From the NCBI GenBank assembly GCA_963667465.2, contig CAXXDN010000001.1:736001-800000 (forward strand): DNA of 64,000 nucleotides, written 5' to 3'. Shown piece after piece: positions 29,172 to 38,772 of this stretch. Each line of letters starts with the position of its first letter. Position 1 is the stretch's first letter. A program made the position numbers and the translations under genes. The notes under the pieces were generated by a model, which worked only from the letters and a program-made list of their open reading frames with translations, was not told the DNA's origin and ran no database searches. This DNA is from Dehalococcoidia bacterium (lineage in GTDB: Bacteria; Chloroflexota; Dehalococcoidia; UBA2979).

Positions 29172-29573
29172 CTAGCGGGCCCACCACTCCGGCACGAAGC
29201 GGCGCAGGCTGAACTTCCACTTGCCGTCCTCGCGGCGGAGGCGATCGTCGTACTGGCCGATCAGCGTCACGCGGCCGTCCCCCGTGTTGTCGAACATCAC
29301 GAGGTAACAGCGCAGCTCGGCCTCGTCACCCTCGCCCTCGATCCAGATGTTGTTGACCCAGTGGCGGAAGCGGTCCGCGCCGTGCCGCTCGTTCAGCGTC
29401 TCGGCCCACGCCGCGAGGGCGTCGCGGCCTTCGTGGCGGCGTCCGTTCAGGTCCAGCACGCCGTCCTCGGTGAAGGTGTCGGCGAAGGGCTCCGGGTCGC
29501 GGCGGTCGTAGTGGTGGTAGTGGGCGGCGACCAGTTGCTCGATCTCGGTGATGTCGGCGGCGCTCAGCGGCAT
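29172..29573 (-). CDS. SnoaL-like (NTF2) protein
   Basis: FTEDG, EGRDAL, RHWVNN, YDDRLRREDGKWKF. Confidence 0.85.
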   Translation of the reverse strand: MPLSAADITEIEQLVAAHYHHYDRRDPEPFADTFTEDGVLDLNGRRHEGRDALAAWAETLNERHGADRFRHWVNNIWIEGEGDEAELRCYLVMFDNTGDGRVTLIGQYDDRLRREDGKWKFSLRRFVPEWWAR

Positions 29574-29648
29574 CGGGGGCTCCTCTCGAGGCGTGCCGCG
29601 GCTCGGTGCGGCGAGGGCAAGATAGCAACCGCCGCCGCCCGGGGCGCG

Positions 29649-30542
29649 TCAGACCTCGCGGAGGTCGTCGAGGTAGGCGCGCGCGAAGCCGCCGATCAGC
29701 TCGGCGGACTGCCCGGCGGACGCCTCGACGCTGAGCCGGACGTGCTCCACGCCGCGCTCGCCGGCCTCGCGGAGCATGGTTGCCGTCTCCTCCTCGCGGC
29801 CCGGGGCGAGCGAGGGCAGGTTGACCATGCCGAAGATGAGCGCGTCGGGGTCGCGCCCGGCGTCCCCGGCGGCCTGGCGGACAGCAGCGATGTCCTCGGG
29901 GAACGTCGGCAGGCGATGTGCGCCCGCGATCCAGCCGTCGCCGAGGCGTCCCGCGCGGCGCAGCGCGGGCGGTCTCGCGCCGCCGATCCAGAGCGGGATG
30001 GGCCGCGCCGGGGTGGGGCGGCAGATCCAGCCGTCGACGTCGTAGAACTCGCCGTGGTGGGTGACCTCCTCGCCGCTCCAGAGCGCGCGCATCAGCACGA
30101 TCTGCTCGTCGACGCGCGCGCCGCGGCGCTCGAAGGACGCGGAGAGCACCTCGAACTCCTCGCGGCACCAGCCGACGCCGACGCCGAAGACGAAGCGCCC
30201 TCCGGCGAGCACATCGAGCGAGGCGATGACCTTGGCGTGGAGGACGGGATTGCGCATCGGCAGGACCATCACCGCCGTGCCGATCTGCACGCGCTCGGTA
30301 ATCGCGGCGACGTAGGCGAGCAGCGTCAGCGGCTCGAGCAGATCGGCGTCGCTCTGGAAGCGATCGGGCAGGCGGCCGCTCGCGGCGTAGGGGTAGCGGG
30401 ACGTGAACTGGCGAGGATAGACGACGTGGTCGCTGACCCAGAGCGAGGCGTAGCCCGACTGCTCGGCCGTGCTCGCGAAGCTGGCGAGGTGCTCACGGGT
30501 GGCGTCGCGGCCGGTCTGCGGGAGCACGAGTCCGATCTCCAT
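29649..30542 (-). CDS. LLM-class, probably F420-dependent oxidoreductase (Rv2161c-like)
   Basis: SLWVSDHVV, ASLDVLAGGRF.FGVGVGW..EEF, IPLWIGG, RRAGRLGDGW. Confidence 0.88.
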   Translation of the reverse strand: MEIGLVLPQTGRDATREHLASFASTAEQSGYASLWVSDHVVYPRQFTSRYPYAASGRLPDRFQSDADLLEPLTLLAYVAAITERVQIGTAVMVLPMRNPVLHAKVIASLDVLAGGRFVFGVGVGWCREEFEVLSASFERRGARVDEQIVLMRALWSGEEVTHHGEFYDVDGWICRPTPARPIPLWIGGARPPALRRAGRLGDGWIAGAHRLPTFPEDIAAVRQAAGDAGRDPDALIFGMVNLPSLAPGREEETATMLREAGERGVEHVRLSVEASAGQSAELIGGFARAYLDDLREV

Positions 30543-30628
30543 GCCGGCGCCCTCCTCGTGACCGTTCTCACCGGGAACGGCTAGGGTACGCTGCCCGGCG
30601 CGACGGCGCTCACGGGAGGTGGACGGCG

Positions 30629-31438
30629 ATGGGTGAGTTCGACGGCAAGGTGGCGCTGATCACGGGTGGCGGCTCCGGCATCGGGCGCGCCTCGGCGGTG
30701 GCCTTCGCGCGCGAGGGCGCGCACGTCGTCGTCGCCGACAGCAACGGCGAGGGCGCCGAGGAGACCGTGAGTCTCGTCGAGGCCGACGGCGGCGGCGCGA
30801 ATGCAGTCACGGTAGAGCTCACGGCCCCGGCTGCCGTCGCGGAGCTGCTGCGTGGCATCGCCGACATGCACGGACGGCTCGACTACGCCCACAACAACGC
30901 CGGTATCAACGACGCGCCCGTGAAGCTCCCGGAGCTGAGCGACGAGCGCTGGGACCGCATGATCGCGGTCAACCTGACCTCGGTCTTCTACTGCCTGCGC
31001 GAGGAGCTGCCGCTGATCGTCGAGACGGGCGGCGGGGCGATCGTCAACACCGCGTCCGGCGCGGGCGTCTTCGCCTCGGCGAACATCGCGCACTACGCCG
31101 CCGCCAAGCATGGCGTGATCGGCCTCACTCGCAGCGCGGCGATCGAGTACGGCGAGCACGGCGTGCGCGTCAACGCGGTCTGCCCCGGTCTGGTCGACAC
31201 GCCGATGCGTGGCCGCCACGTCAGCTACGACGCGGAGCACGCGCAGCGCACGCTGGCCTTCTCGGGCGGGAGAGTGAACCCGCCCGAGCTGATCGCCGAC
31301 ACCGCCGTCTGGCTCTGCCGCGAGGAGGCCTCGAACGTCAACGGACAGGCGCTGCTCGGCGACGGCAAGTACGGGCCGGAACTGCGCCTCGGCAGTTGGC
31401 AGCACTGGGTGCCCCTCGAGCAACTGACGGGCGGCTAG
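30629..31438 (+). CDS. Short-chain dehydrogenase/reductase
   Basis: TGGGSGIG, NNAG, YAAAK, VNAVCPG. Confidence 0.92.
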   Translation: MGEFDGKVALITGGGSGIGRASAVAFAREGAHVVVADSNGEGAEETVSLVEADGGGANAVTVELTAPAAVAELLRGIADMHGRLDYAHNNAGINDAPVKLPELSDERWDRMIAVNLTSVFYCLREELPLIVETGGGAIVNTASGAGVFASANIAHYAAAKHGVIGLTRSAAIEYGEHGVRVNAVCPGLVDTPMRGRHVSYDAEHAQRTLAFSGGRVNPPELIADTAVWLCREEASNVNGQALLGDGKYGPELRLGSWQHWVPLEQLTGG

Positions 31439-31467
31439 CGCCATCGAGGCAGGCCCGCCGGCGAGTC

Positions 31468-32028
31468 CTAGAAGCCGAGCGCGTCCTTGCCGAGCAACTG
31501 GCGCAGCACCTGCACCTGCCCGTAGTGCTCGCGCCCGTGCGCGATCACCACCTGCCCGAGCGTCTCGATACGCGCCCGCTCAGTCATCTCGCCGGCGATG
31601 CGGGCGGGCGTGGTGCCGACGAGGAAGGCCTCGTCCATCGCCTCGATCTTCGGCTGCACGGCCTCGCGCACGCCCGCGCCGTAGGCCGCGAGGTCGGTGG
31701 CGCTCGCGAACTGCAGCGCCGTCGACTCCTCGGCGGTCATGCCGGTGCCCTGGTCGATGCGAGGCATCGCCCAGGCCTCGTCCAGGCCCTCGGCGACCCA
31801 GATCGGCCGGTCGCGGTGGAAGACGAAGTTGACGATGTTGTCGACCGTGCGCAGCACGTGCCAGACGTGGAAGCCGATCGACGGCGCGCCCTCCAGTGGC
31901 TGGGCGTTCAGCTCCTCGGCGCTGAGGTCCTCGATGGCCGTGTTGAGGTCGCCGAGCAGGTTGCCGACCAGGGTGGCGAGCGGTGCGGCGAGCGCACTGG
32001 GCGTGGCTTCGGCGGTCGAGTCGGTCAT
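31468..32028 (-). CDS. DinB family protein
   Basis: SIGFHVWH and H..EHYGQ His triad. Confidence 0.82.
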   Translation of the reverse strand: MTDSTAEATPSALAAPLATLVGNLLGDLNTAIEDLSAEELNAQPLEGAPSIGFHVWHVLRTVDNIVNFVFHRDRPIWVAEGLDEAWAMPRIDQGTGMTAEESTALQFASATDLAAYGAGVREAVQPKIEAMDEAFLVGTTPARIAGEMTERARIETLGQVVIAHGREHYGQVQVLRQLLGKDALGF

Positions 32029-32071
32029 GGCTTCCCCCCAATGGATCAGTGCTGTGTGCGGTAGTCCGGCA

Positions 32072-33862
32072 TCAGGGTAGCGCGATCGCGTAGGCGATGG
32101 CGCTGCGAGGCGAGGCGGCGGCCTCGCAGAGGCCGTCGGCGGGGCGGTAGGAGGCGGCCATCACGCGCCCGTGCCGCCACGCCCCGCTGCGCCGCACGCG
32201 GTGCCCGCGCCGCTCGAGCTCGGCGAGCACGCCCTCCTCGATGCGCGTTTCGGCGTCGACGAGGCCGGGGTTGGCGAGGCGCGGGTAGAACGACTCGGGC
32301 CAGTGCTCGCTGTGCACCGTCGGCGCGTCGATTGCCGCCTGCAGGTCCTCGAAGCCGAAGTCGACGACGTTGAGCAGGAAGTGCAGCGACCACTGGTCCT
32401 GCTGATCGCCGCCCGGCGTGCCGAAGGCGAGGCGCCGTCCGTCCGGCAACTCGGCCAGCGAGGGCGTGAGCGTGGTGCGCGGGCGCTTGCCCGGCGCCAG
32501 CGCGTTCGGGTGCGCCGGATCAAGGACGAACATCTGCCCCCTCGTGCCGACCGGGAAGCCGAGCTGCGGGATCGTCGGCGAGGACTGGAGCCAGCCGCCG
32601 CTCGGCGTGCAGCTCGCGAGGTTGCCCCAGCGGTCGACGGCATCGCAGTGCGTCGTGTCGCCGCGGCCGGACGCGGCGAGCAGCGCCTCCGGATCGGCGC
32701 GCGGCAGCCCGGCGGGACTCAGCGCCGCGCCGTCCTCGTCCCTCGCCAGCAGCGGCCAGCCCGCGGGCAGCCGGCCGCGGCCGGGCCGCAGCTCCAGCGA
32801 GGCGCGCGCCGGATCGACGAGCGCGCGGCGGCGCTCGCTGTAGCCGTCGGAGAGCAGCTCGTCGAGGGGCACCTCGACGTGGGCGGGGTCACCGTAGTTC
32901 GCCTCGCGGTCGGCGAAGGCGAGCTTGGCGCACTCGATCCAGGTGTGCAGTGCTGCGGCGCTATTGTGGCCCATCGCCGCGAGGTCGAAGCCCTCGAGCA
33001 GCCGCAGCTGCTGGAGCAGCACCGGGCCCTGTGACCAGGGCGGGCACTTCCAGACCGTGACGCCGCGGTAGGTGGCCGAGACGGGCGTTTCCACGGCGCC
33101 CTCGTAGCCCGCGAGGTCGGCGGCGGTCAGCAGGCCGGCGTGCGCCTCGCCCGAGGCGTCGCGCACGGGCTCGCGCAGGAATGCCTCGATCCATTCGGCG
33201 GGCTCGCCGCGGTAGAACGCGTCGCGCGCGGCGCGAATGCCGGCCTCGCGCCCGCCTCCCGCGGTCCGCTCGGCCTCGGCCATGCTCGCGAGCAGCGAGG
33301 CGAGCGCGGGGTTGCGCACCCGCTCGCCGACCGCCTTCGCGGGCAGCCAGATCGCGGCCGTCGTCGGCCACTCCGCGGCGATGCGGTCGCCGGCGATCTC
33401 GAGCAGCCGGCGGAGCGCGGGGTACATCGGGAAGCCGCGCTCGGCGAGGGCGCGGGCAGGCGCGAGCACCTCGGCGAGCGTGCGCGTGCCGAAGCGTTCG
33501 AGCAGCAGCCGCCAGGCGTCGAGGGCGCCCGGGATGGCGGCGGCCGTCAGCCCGTCGCCGGGGATGCGGTCGAGGCCGAGCGAGCGGAAGTGCTCGATCG
33601 TCGCGGCTGCCGGAGCGGCGCCCTGCCCCGAGATCGCGTGGGTCTCACCGCTCGCGGCGTCGTGGTAGAGGATCGGAGCCTCGCCGGCGAAGCCGTTCAT
33701 GTGCGGCTCCAGCACCTGCAGGGCGAATCCCATCGTGCAGGCGGCGTCGGCGGCGTTGCCGCCCTCGGCGAGCAGCTGCGCGCCAGCCTGTGCGGCGAGG
33801 TAGTGCCCGGCGCTGACGGCGCCGCCGTAGCCGCGCACGGTCGGACGGGTGGTGAACTCCAT
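32072..33862 (-). CDS. Gamma-glutamyltransferase family protein
   Basis: GGNAADAA, DTTH nucleophile site, PGKRPRTTLTP, FGTPGGDQQ. Confidence 0.92.
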   Translation of the reverse strand: MEFTTRPTVRGYGGAVSAGHYLAAQAGAQLLAEGGNAADAACTMGFALQVLEPHMNGFAGEAPILYHDAASGETHAISGQGAAPAAATIEHFRSLGLDRIPGDGLTAAAIPGALDAWRLLLERFGTRTLAEVLAPARALAERGFPMYPALRRLLEIAGDRIAAEWPTTAAIWLPAKAVGERVRNPALASLLASMAEAERTAGGGREAGIRAARDAFYRGEPAEWIEAFLREPVRDASGEAHAGLLTAADLAGYEGAVETPVSATYRGVTVWKCPPWSQGPVLLQQLRLLEGFDLAAMGHNSAAALHTWIECAKLAFADREANYGDPAHVEVPLDELLSDGYSERRRALVDPARASLELRPGRGRLPAGWPLLARDEDGAALSPAGLPRADPEALLAASGRGDTTHCDAVDRWGNLASCTPSGGWLQSSPTIPQLGFPVGTRGQMFVLDPAHPNALAPGKRPRTTLTPSLAELPDGRRLAFGTPGGDQQDQWSLHFLLNVVDFGFEDLQAAIDAPTVHSEHWPESFYPRLANPGLVDAETRIEEGVLAELERRGHRVRRSGAWRHGRVMAASYRPADGLCEAAASPRSAIAYAIALP

Positions 33863-34001
33863 CGTGCGAGGAGTCTAGCCGCCCACGCCTCGCGCCGGCG
33901 GAGGTTCACGCGAGCGGGCGCGTTCCGCCATAGTGGCGGGGGAGCCCTCGCCGCGGCGGCCTCGAGGCGCGCGCGGCGGGCGGTGCGGACGGAGGTCGGC
34001 G

Positions 34002-35324
34002 ATGAGCGGGACGGAGCAGTGGGGTGCGCTGAGCGGCGTGCGCGTCATGGAGTTCACAGTCGTGCTCGCCGGACCGGTCTGCGGGATGCTGCTCGCCCAG
34101 CTGGGCGCCGACGTCGTGAAGATCGAGCCGCCGATGGGCGATCCGCAGCGCCGCAACGGCAGCGTGGTCCCGGGCGAGAGCAAGCACTACCAGGCCTATA
34201 ACCACGGCAAGCGCAGCCTCGTCGTGGACCTCCGCGAGGAGCGCGGCCGCGCGCTGATCCAGCGCATCATCCCGCAGTTCGACGTGGTGCTGACCAACTA
34301 CCGCCCCGGCGTCACCAAACGCCTTGGCATCGACTACGAGACGCTGCGGCAGTACCGCCCGGACCTCGTCTATCTGGAGATGAACGCCTTCGGCTTCCAC
34401 GGCCCCGAGGCGCCCCGTGCGGGCTCGGACGTGGTCGTGCAGGCCTACGCCGGGCTGATCGCCGGCGGTGGGCAGGTCGACGATGATGGCGCGCCCCGCT
34501 CGGCACTCTCGATCGCTCTCGCCGATCACATGACGGGCACGGCCTCGGCGATGGGCATCGCGGCCGCGCTCTACCACCGCGCGCAGACCGGCGAGGGGCA
34601 GCTCGTGCGCGGCTCGCTGCTGCGCTCGACGCTGTTCGCGCAGGGCTCGGCGGTGATGCGCGAGCCGGTCACCGATGCTTCCAGCCGCGATGTGATGATG
34701 GCCGAGCTCGAGGCGATCCGTGAGCGAGGCGGCGACTACGCGGAGCAGGTCGCCGCGCACAACGAGCGGCGCGGCCTCGGCGCGGGTTTCAACCTCTACT
34801 ACGGTGGCTACCAGGCGAAGGACGGCGGGCTGTTCTTCGGCGCGCTCAGCCCCGCCGGGCGTGACACGATCCGCCGCGCTGTCGGCGCCGAGGCCGAGCG
34901 CTCCGACGACCCCGGCTACGACGTGTACGACGCCGGCAACATCGCCGAGGCGCGCCAGTGGAAGCGCACGATCCAGGAGCGAATCCGCACCAGGACCGCC
35001 GCCGAGTGGCGCGCGATCCTCGACGAGGCGGGCGGCGCGCCGGTCTCGCAGGTGCAGTTCGCCGAGCAGATGTCGGAGGACGAGCACGTCCAGGCCGAAG
35101 GCATGGTCTGGGACATCGAGCACGAGATCACCGGCCCGCAGCGCGTCGTCGGCCCGATCGTCGAGATGGAAGGCACGCCCACGCGCGTGCCGCGCGCCGC
35201 TCCGCCGCTGGGCCGCCACACCCACGACATCCTCAAGGAGCTGGGCGTCACCGAGGAGGAGCGCGCGGCACTGCTGGCCGCCAACGTGATCCGCGACGAC
35301 GCGGCAGGGCCGTCGCGGCAATGA
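34002..35324 (+). CDS. CoA-transferase family III (CaiB/BaiF)
   Basis: LAGP, LGADVVKIEPP.GD, N.GKRS, NYRPG, APPLGRHT. Confidence 0.92.
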   Translation: MSGTEQWGALSGVRVMEFTVVLAGPVCGMLLAQLGADVVKIEPPMGDPQRRNGSVVPGESKHYQAYNHGKRSLVVDLREERGRALIQRIIPQFDVVLTNYRPGVTKRLGIDYETLRQYRPDLVYLEMNAFGFHGPEAPRAGSDVVVQAYAGLIAGGGQVDDDGAPRSALSIALADHMTGTASAMGIAAALYHRAQTGEGQLVRGSLLRSTLFAQGSAVMREPVTDASSRDVMMAELEAIRERGGDYAEQVAAHNERRGLGAGFNLYYGGYQAKDGGLFFGALSPAGRDTIRRAVGAEAERSDDPGYDVYDAGNIAEARQWKRTIQERIRTRTAAEWRAILDEAGGAPVSQVQFAEQMSEDEHVQAEGMVWDIEHEITGPQRVVGPIVEMEGTPTRVPRAAPPLGRHTHDILKELGVTEEERAALLAANVIRDDAAGPSRQ

Positions 35325-36325
35325 GCCTTGCGCCCGCGCTGCGCGCGGCGATCGTCGAGGCGCTCTCGCGCTGGGACCTCGCGGGTGAGGCCGAACCGCT
35401 GGGCGGCGGAGCGGCCAACGAGCACTGGCGCATCACCGTCGAGGGCGAGGATCGCCCCTGCGTGCTGCGCCGCTACCACCCGCGCCACGACGCCGGCGAT
35501 GTCGCCTACGAGCATCGCGTGCTCGGCTTCCTCGGCGACCGCGACTGGCCGGTGGCGCCGCCGATCGCGGACGCTCGAGGGCGCACGCTCGGCGAGACCG
35601 ACGCCGGGCTGTGGGCGCTGTTTCACTGGCGCTCGGGCGAGCCCGCGCCACCCGACGCGCTGCTCTACCTGCAACGCAAGGGCGCGTTGCTGGCGCTGCT
35701 CCACACCGACCTGGCCGAGGCGCCGGACTTCGGCCAGCGCCCCGGCTTCGGGCGCGCCGACGACCTCGACGCCAACGTGCGCGCCGATGGACACGAGGGC
35801 GTCGGGGCGCTGCTCGGCTGGTACGCCGGGCGGGACGAGGCGCGGGCAGGGGTGCTCGCGGACGCCCTCGCGCGCAACAGCGAGGCGCTCGCCGAGGGCG
35901 GCTTCGCAGCGCTGCCCGACCAGCTCGTCTACTACGAGTGCCTGGGCGAGAACGTGCGCTTCCGCGACGACACCGTGACGGCGCTGTTCGACTTCGATTT
36001 CACGCATCGCAACGCGCGTGCCGCCGACATCGCGCGCAGCCTCGCCGTCGACTGCGGCGTCTCGGCGAAGCGCGCCGGTGCGTGGCTGGCCGGCTACGTG
36101 AACCTGGCGCAGCCCCCGCTCAGCGAGGCCGAGGCGGCGCTGATCGCTCCGCTGATGACGGCAGCCGAGCTGTGGAACACGGTGCTCCCGCTCTCGATCG
36201 GTGCGCGCTGGGGCAGCGAGGCGCAGCTCCGCTCCGCCGAGACCTCGATCGACCGTCGCCTCCCGTTCAGCGAGGACGCCGAGCGCCTGCTCGGCGCAGT
36301 CGCGCAGCAAGCCGCGCGCACCTGA
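35321..36325 (+). CDS. APH / homoserine kinase type II-like phosphotransferase
   Basis: GGAANEHW, VLRRY, YEHRVL, LFDFD; catalytic-loop motif degenerate (YYECLGEN). Confidence 0.75.
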   Translation: MSLAPALRAAIVEALSRWDLAGEAEPLGGGAANEHWRITVEGEDRPCVLRRYHPRHDAGDVAYEHRVLGFLGDRDWPVAPPIADARGRTLGETDAGLWALFHWRSGEPAPPDALLYLQRKGALLALLHTDLAEAPDFGQRPGFGRADDLDANVRADGHEGVGALLGWYAGRDEARAGVLADALARNSEALAEGGFAALPDQLVYYECLGENVRFRDDTVTALFDFDFTHRNARAADIARSLAVDCGVSAKRAGAWLAGYVNLAQPPLSEAEAALIAPLMTAAELWNTVLPLSIGARWGSEAQLRSAETSIDRRLPFSEDAERLLGAVAQQAART

Positions 36326-36352
36326 CATCGAGGCAGCAGTCAGTCCGGCGAG

Positions 36353-36560
36353 CCCCCTCACCCCCGCCCGCTCCCCCAGGAGAGGGGGCCGGAGGGGCCG
36401 GATCGGGTTCGAGGGTTCGGGCGGTGCAAGCGCAGCCTGAGGGCGTGGGGGCGCAGCCCCCCGCGGCAGGCCGAGGTGCGCCCTCGGGAGTTCGCGCCAG
36501 CCGTGGCTTCGCCCCCTCACCCCAACCCGCTCCCGCCAGGGGCGAGGGAGCAGGGAGGGG
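36353..36560. repeat. Mosaic REP/BIME-like intergenic element
   Basis: Two REP units flank a GGGGGCGCAGCCCCC hairpin; the block near 36455-36523 matches ~12569-12635 in reverse complement. Confidence 0.8.
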
Positions 36561-36584
36561 AGGGCCCGAGCGGAAGTGGGCAGG

Positions 36585-37457
36585 TTAGGGGAAGACGACC
36601 GTCTGGTTGCCGTGGACGAGGATGCGGCTCTCGATGTGCCAGCGCACCGCGCGGGCGAGCACGACGCGCTCGATCTCGCGGCCGCTGCGGATCAGCTCGG
36701 CGCGCGTGTCGCGGTGCGAGACGCGCGCCACGTCCTGCTCGATGATCGGACCCTCGTCCAGGTCCTCGGTCGCGTAGTGGGCGGTGGCGCCGATGATCTT
36801 CACGCCCCGCTCGCGCGCCTGGCGGTAGGGATCCGCGCCGATGAAGGCGGGCAGGAACGAGTGGTGGATGTTGATGATCGCCTCCGGGAACTCGTCGAGG
36901 ACCGTGGGCGTGAGGATCTGCATGTAGCGGGCGAGCACCACGAGGTCCACGTTTCCTCGCAGCAGCGCCAGCAGCTCCTGTTCCTGCGCGACCTTCGTCT
37001 CCCGGATAACGGGCAGGTGGTGGTAGGGCACGCCCAGCGGTTCGACATCGGACCGGAAGCGGTCGTGGTTGGAGATCACCATCGCGATGTCGGCGTGCAG
37101 CTCGCCCGAGCGCCAGCGCCAGAGCAGGTCCAGCAGGCAGTGGCCCACGTTGGAGACGAGGATCGCGATGCGCGGCCGGTTCTCGCTGTAGGAGACGCGC
37201 CAGTGCATCCCGAAGCGCGGCGCGATCTCCTCGCCGAACAGCCCGGCGATCTCGCCCGGGTTCGCGTCGAGGCCCGCCAGCTCGTACTCCATGCGCAGGA
37301 AGAAGCGCGGCTCCTCACCGCCGCTCGCGTACTCATCGGCCTGGACGATATTCGCGCCGTGCTGGAAGAGGAACTGGGAGACGCCCGCAATGATGCCGGG
37401 GCGATCCGGGCACTGCACCAACAGGCGCGCGGTCCCCTCGGTCGGCGTGTCGTTCAC
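36585..37457 (-). CDS. purU: Formyltetrahydrofolate deformylase
   Basis: CPDRPGIIA, LARYMQIL, INIHHSFLPAF.GA.PY, GATAHY, DEGPIIEQ. Confidence 0.95.
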   Translation of the reverse strand: MNDTPTEGTARLLVQCPDRPGIIAGVSQFLFQHGANIVQADEYASGGEEPRFFLRMEYELAGLDANPGEIAGLFGEEIAPRFGMHWRVSYSENRPRIAILVSNVGHCLLDLLWRWRSGELHADIAMVISNHDRFRSDVEPLGVPYHHLPVIRETKVAQEQELLALLRGNVDLVVLARYMQILTPTVLDEFPEAIINIHHSFLPAFIGADPYRQARERGVKIIGATAHYATEDLDEGPIIEQDVARVSHRDTRAELIRSGREIERVVLARAVRWHIESRILVHGNQTVVFP

Positions 37458-37524
37458 GAGGGCGATGATAGCCCGGTGGCCGGCTAGCGCCGACCGCAGC
37501 GCGCGGATCGTTGATACTTGCACC

Positions 37525-37929
37525 ATGGACGCGCAGCAACCTACTCGCTTCGAGCGCCTCGGCGGGCGCGCCGCCATCGAGGCGATCGCCGATACGTTCT
37601 ACGAGCGCATCGATGGCGATCCGGAGCTGCGGCCGGTCTTCCCGCCAGACCTGCGGCCGGGCCGCGACAAGCAGGCGGTGTTCCTCGAGGAGCTGTTCGG
37701 CGGCGAGGCGCGCTACGCGCAGCTCTACGGCGAGGCGGCGCTGCGCCGCCGGCATCGCGCGTTCACGATCACGGAGCTCGGCGCCGAGCGTTGGCTGGAG
37801 CACTTCGCCGCGGCGCTCGAGGCACACGCGGTTGAGGAAGCGCTCGCCCGCGAGATCATGGACGCCCTGCGCCCGCTGGCGCTGCGCATGGTCAACACCC
37901 TGGAGGTCGTTACGCGCCTCGACGGGTAG
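37525..37929 (+). CDS. Truncated hemoglobin (2/2 globin, group II-like)
   Basis: FERLGG...FYERI..DPELRPVFP, FGG...Y, LRRRH..F.I. Confidence 0.85.
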   Translation: MDAQQPTRFERLGGRAAIEAIADTFYERIDGDPELRPVFPPDLRPGRDKQAVFLEELFGGEARYAQLYGEAALRRRHRAFTITELGAERWLEHFAAALEAHAVEEALAREIMDALRPLALRMVNTLEVVTRLDG

Positions 37930-38653
37930 CGACGTGCAGCGCGACCGTGCCGAGGCCGAAGCGGCGGATCGCTGCCGCCTCGAAGCCCGCGTCCTCGATC
38001 CGCTCCGCCAGCTCCGAGGCCGCCGGGAAGTGGTCGACGGAGTCCGGCAGGTAACGGTAGGCCGAGGGGTGGCGCGTGATCATGCGCCCGAGCAGCGGCA
38101 CCACCCGCTCGAAGTGGAAGCGCGCGAGCGGTCGCAGCCAGCCGCGCTCGATCCTCGTGATCTCCAGCACGCCGATCCGTCCGCCGGGGCGCAGCACGCG
38201 CCGCGCCTCGGCGAGCGCGGCGTCGAGGTCCGGGATGTTGCGCAGCACAAAGGCGGCGCACCAGACATCGACGCTCGCGTCGGCCAGCGGCAGCCGTGTC
38301 GCGTCGGCGGCGGCGAAGGAGCTGGACGCCGTCAGCCGCGCGCCGGCCTTGCCGCGCGCGATCGCGAGCATCGGCTCGGCAAAGTCCACGCCGAGCACGG
38401 CCCCCGCGCCGCGCGCCGCGCAGTCGAACGCGAGGTCCCCGGTGCCGCAGCCGACATCGAGGACGGTGTCGCCGGGACGGACGAGGGCGCGCGCGGTGGC
38501 GCGTCGCCAGGCGCTGTGGCGGCCGCCGGTCATGACGGTGTTCATCAGGTCGTAGCGCCCGGCGATCTCGCCGAACATCGAGCGGACGTACCCCGCGCGC
38601 GCGGTGTCGTCCTCGAACAGCGTCGGCTCGCCGCGTGCGTCTCGTCGCGTCAT
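37910..38653 (-). CDS. menG: UbiE/MenG family methyltransferase
   Basis: MF..IA.RYDLMN.VMT.G.H..WR, VLDVGCGTGD, RVLRPGG, AYRYLP.SV. Confidence 0.88.
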   Translation of the reverse strand: MTRRDARGEPTLFEDDTARAGYVRSMFGEIAGRYDLMNTVMTGGRHSAWRRATARALVRPGDTVLDVGCGTGDLAFDCAARGAGAVLGVDFAEPMLAIARGKAGARLTASSSFAAADATRLPLADASVDVWCAAFVLRNIPDLDAALAEARRVLRPGGRIGVLEITRIERGWLRPLARFHFERVVPLLGRMITRHPSAYRYLPDSVDHFPAASELAERIEDAGFEAAAIRRFGLGTVALHVATRRGA

Positions 38654-38772
38654 GCGGCGAGCCTACGACGCGGGCGCGGCGGGCAGGAAGCCCGCGGCTC
38701 GCGTGGTCGCTATACTGCGGGCACTCCCCGGCCTCTGTTCGCAACTCCACCGCGCCCGCGCGAGGTTCCGCG

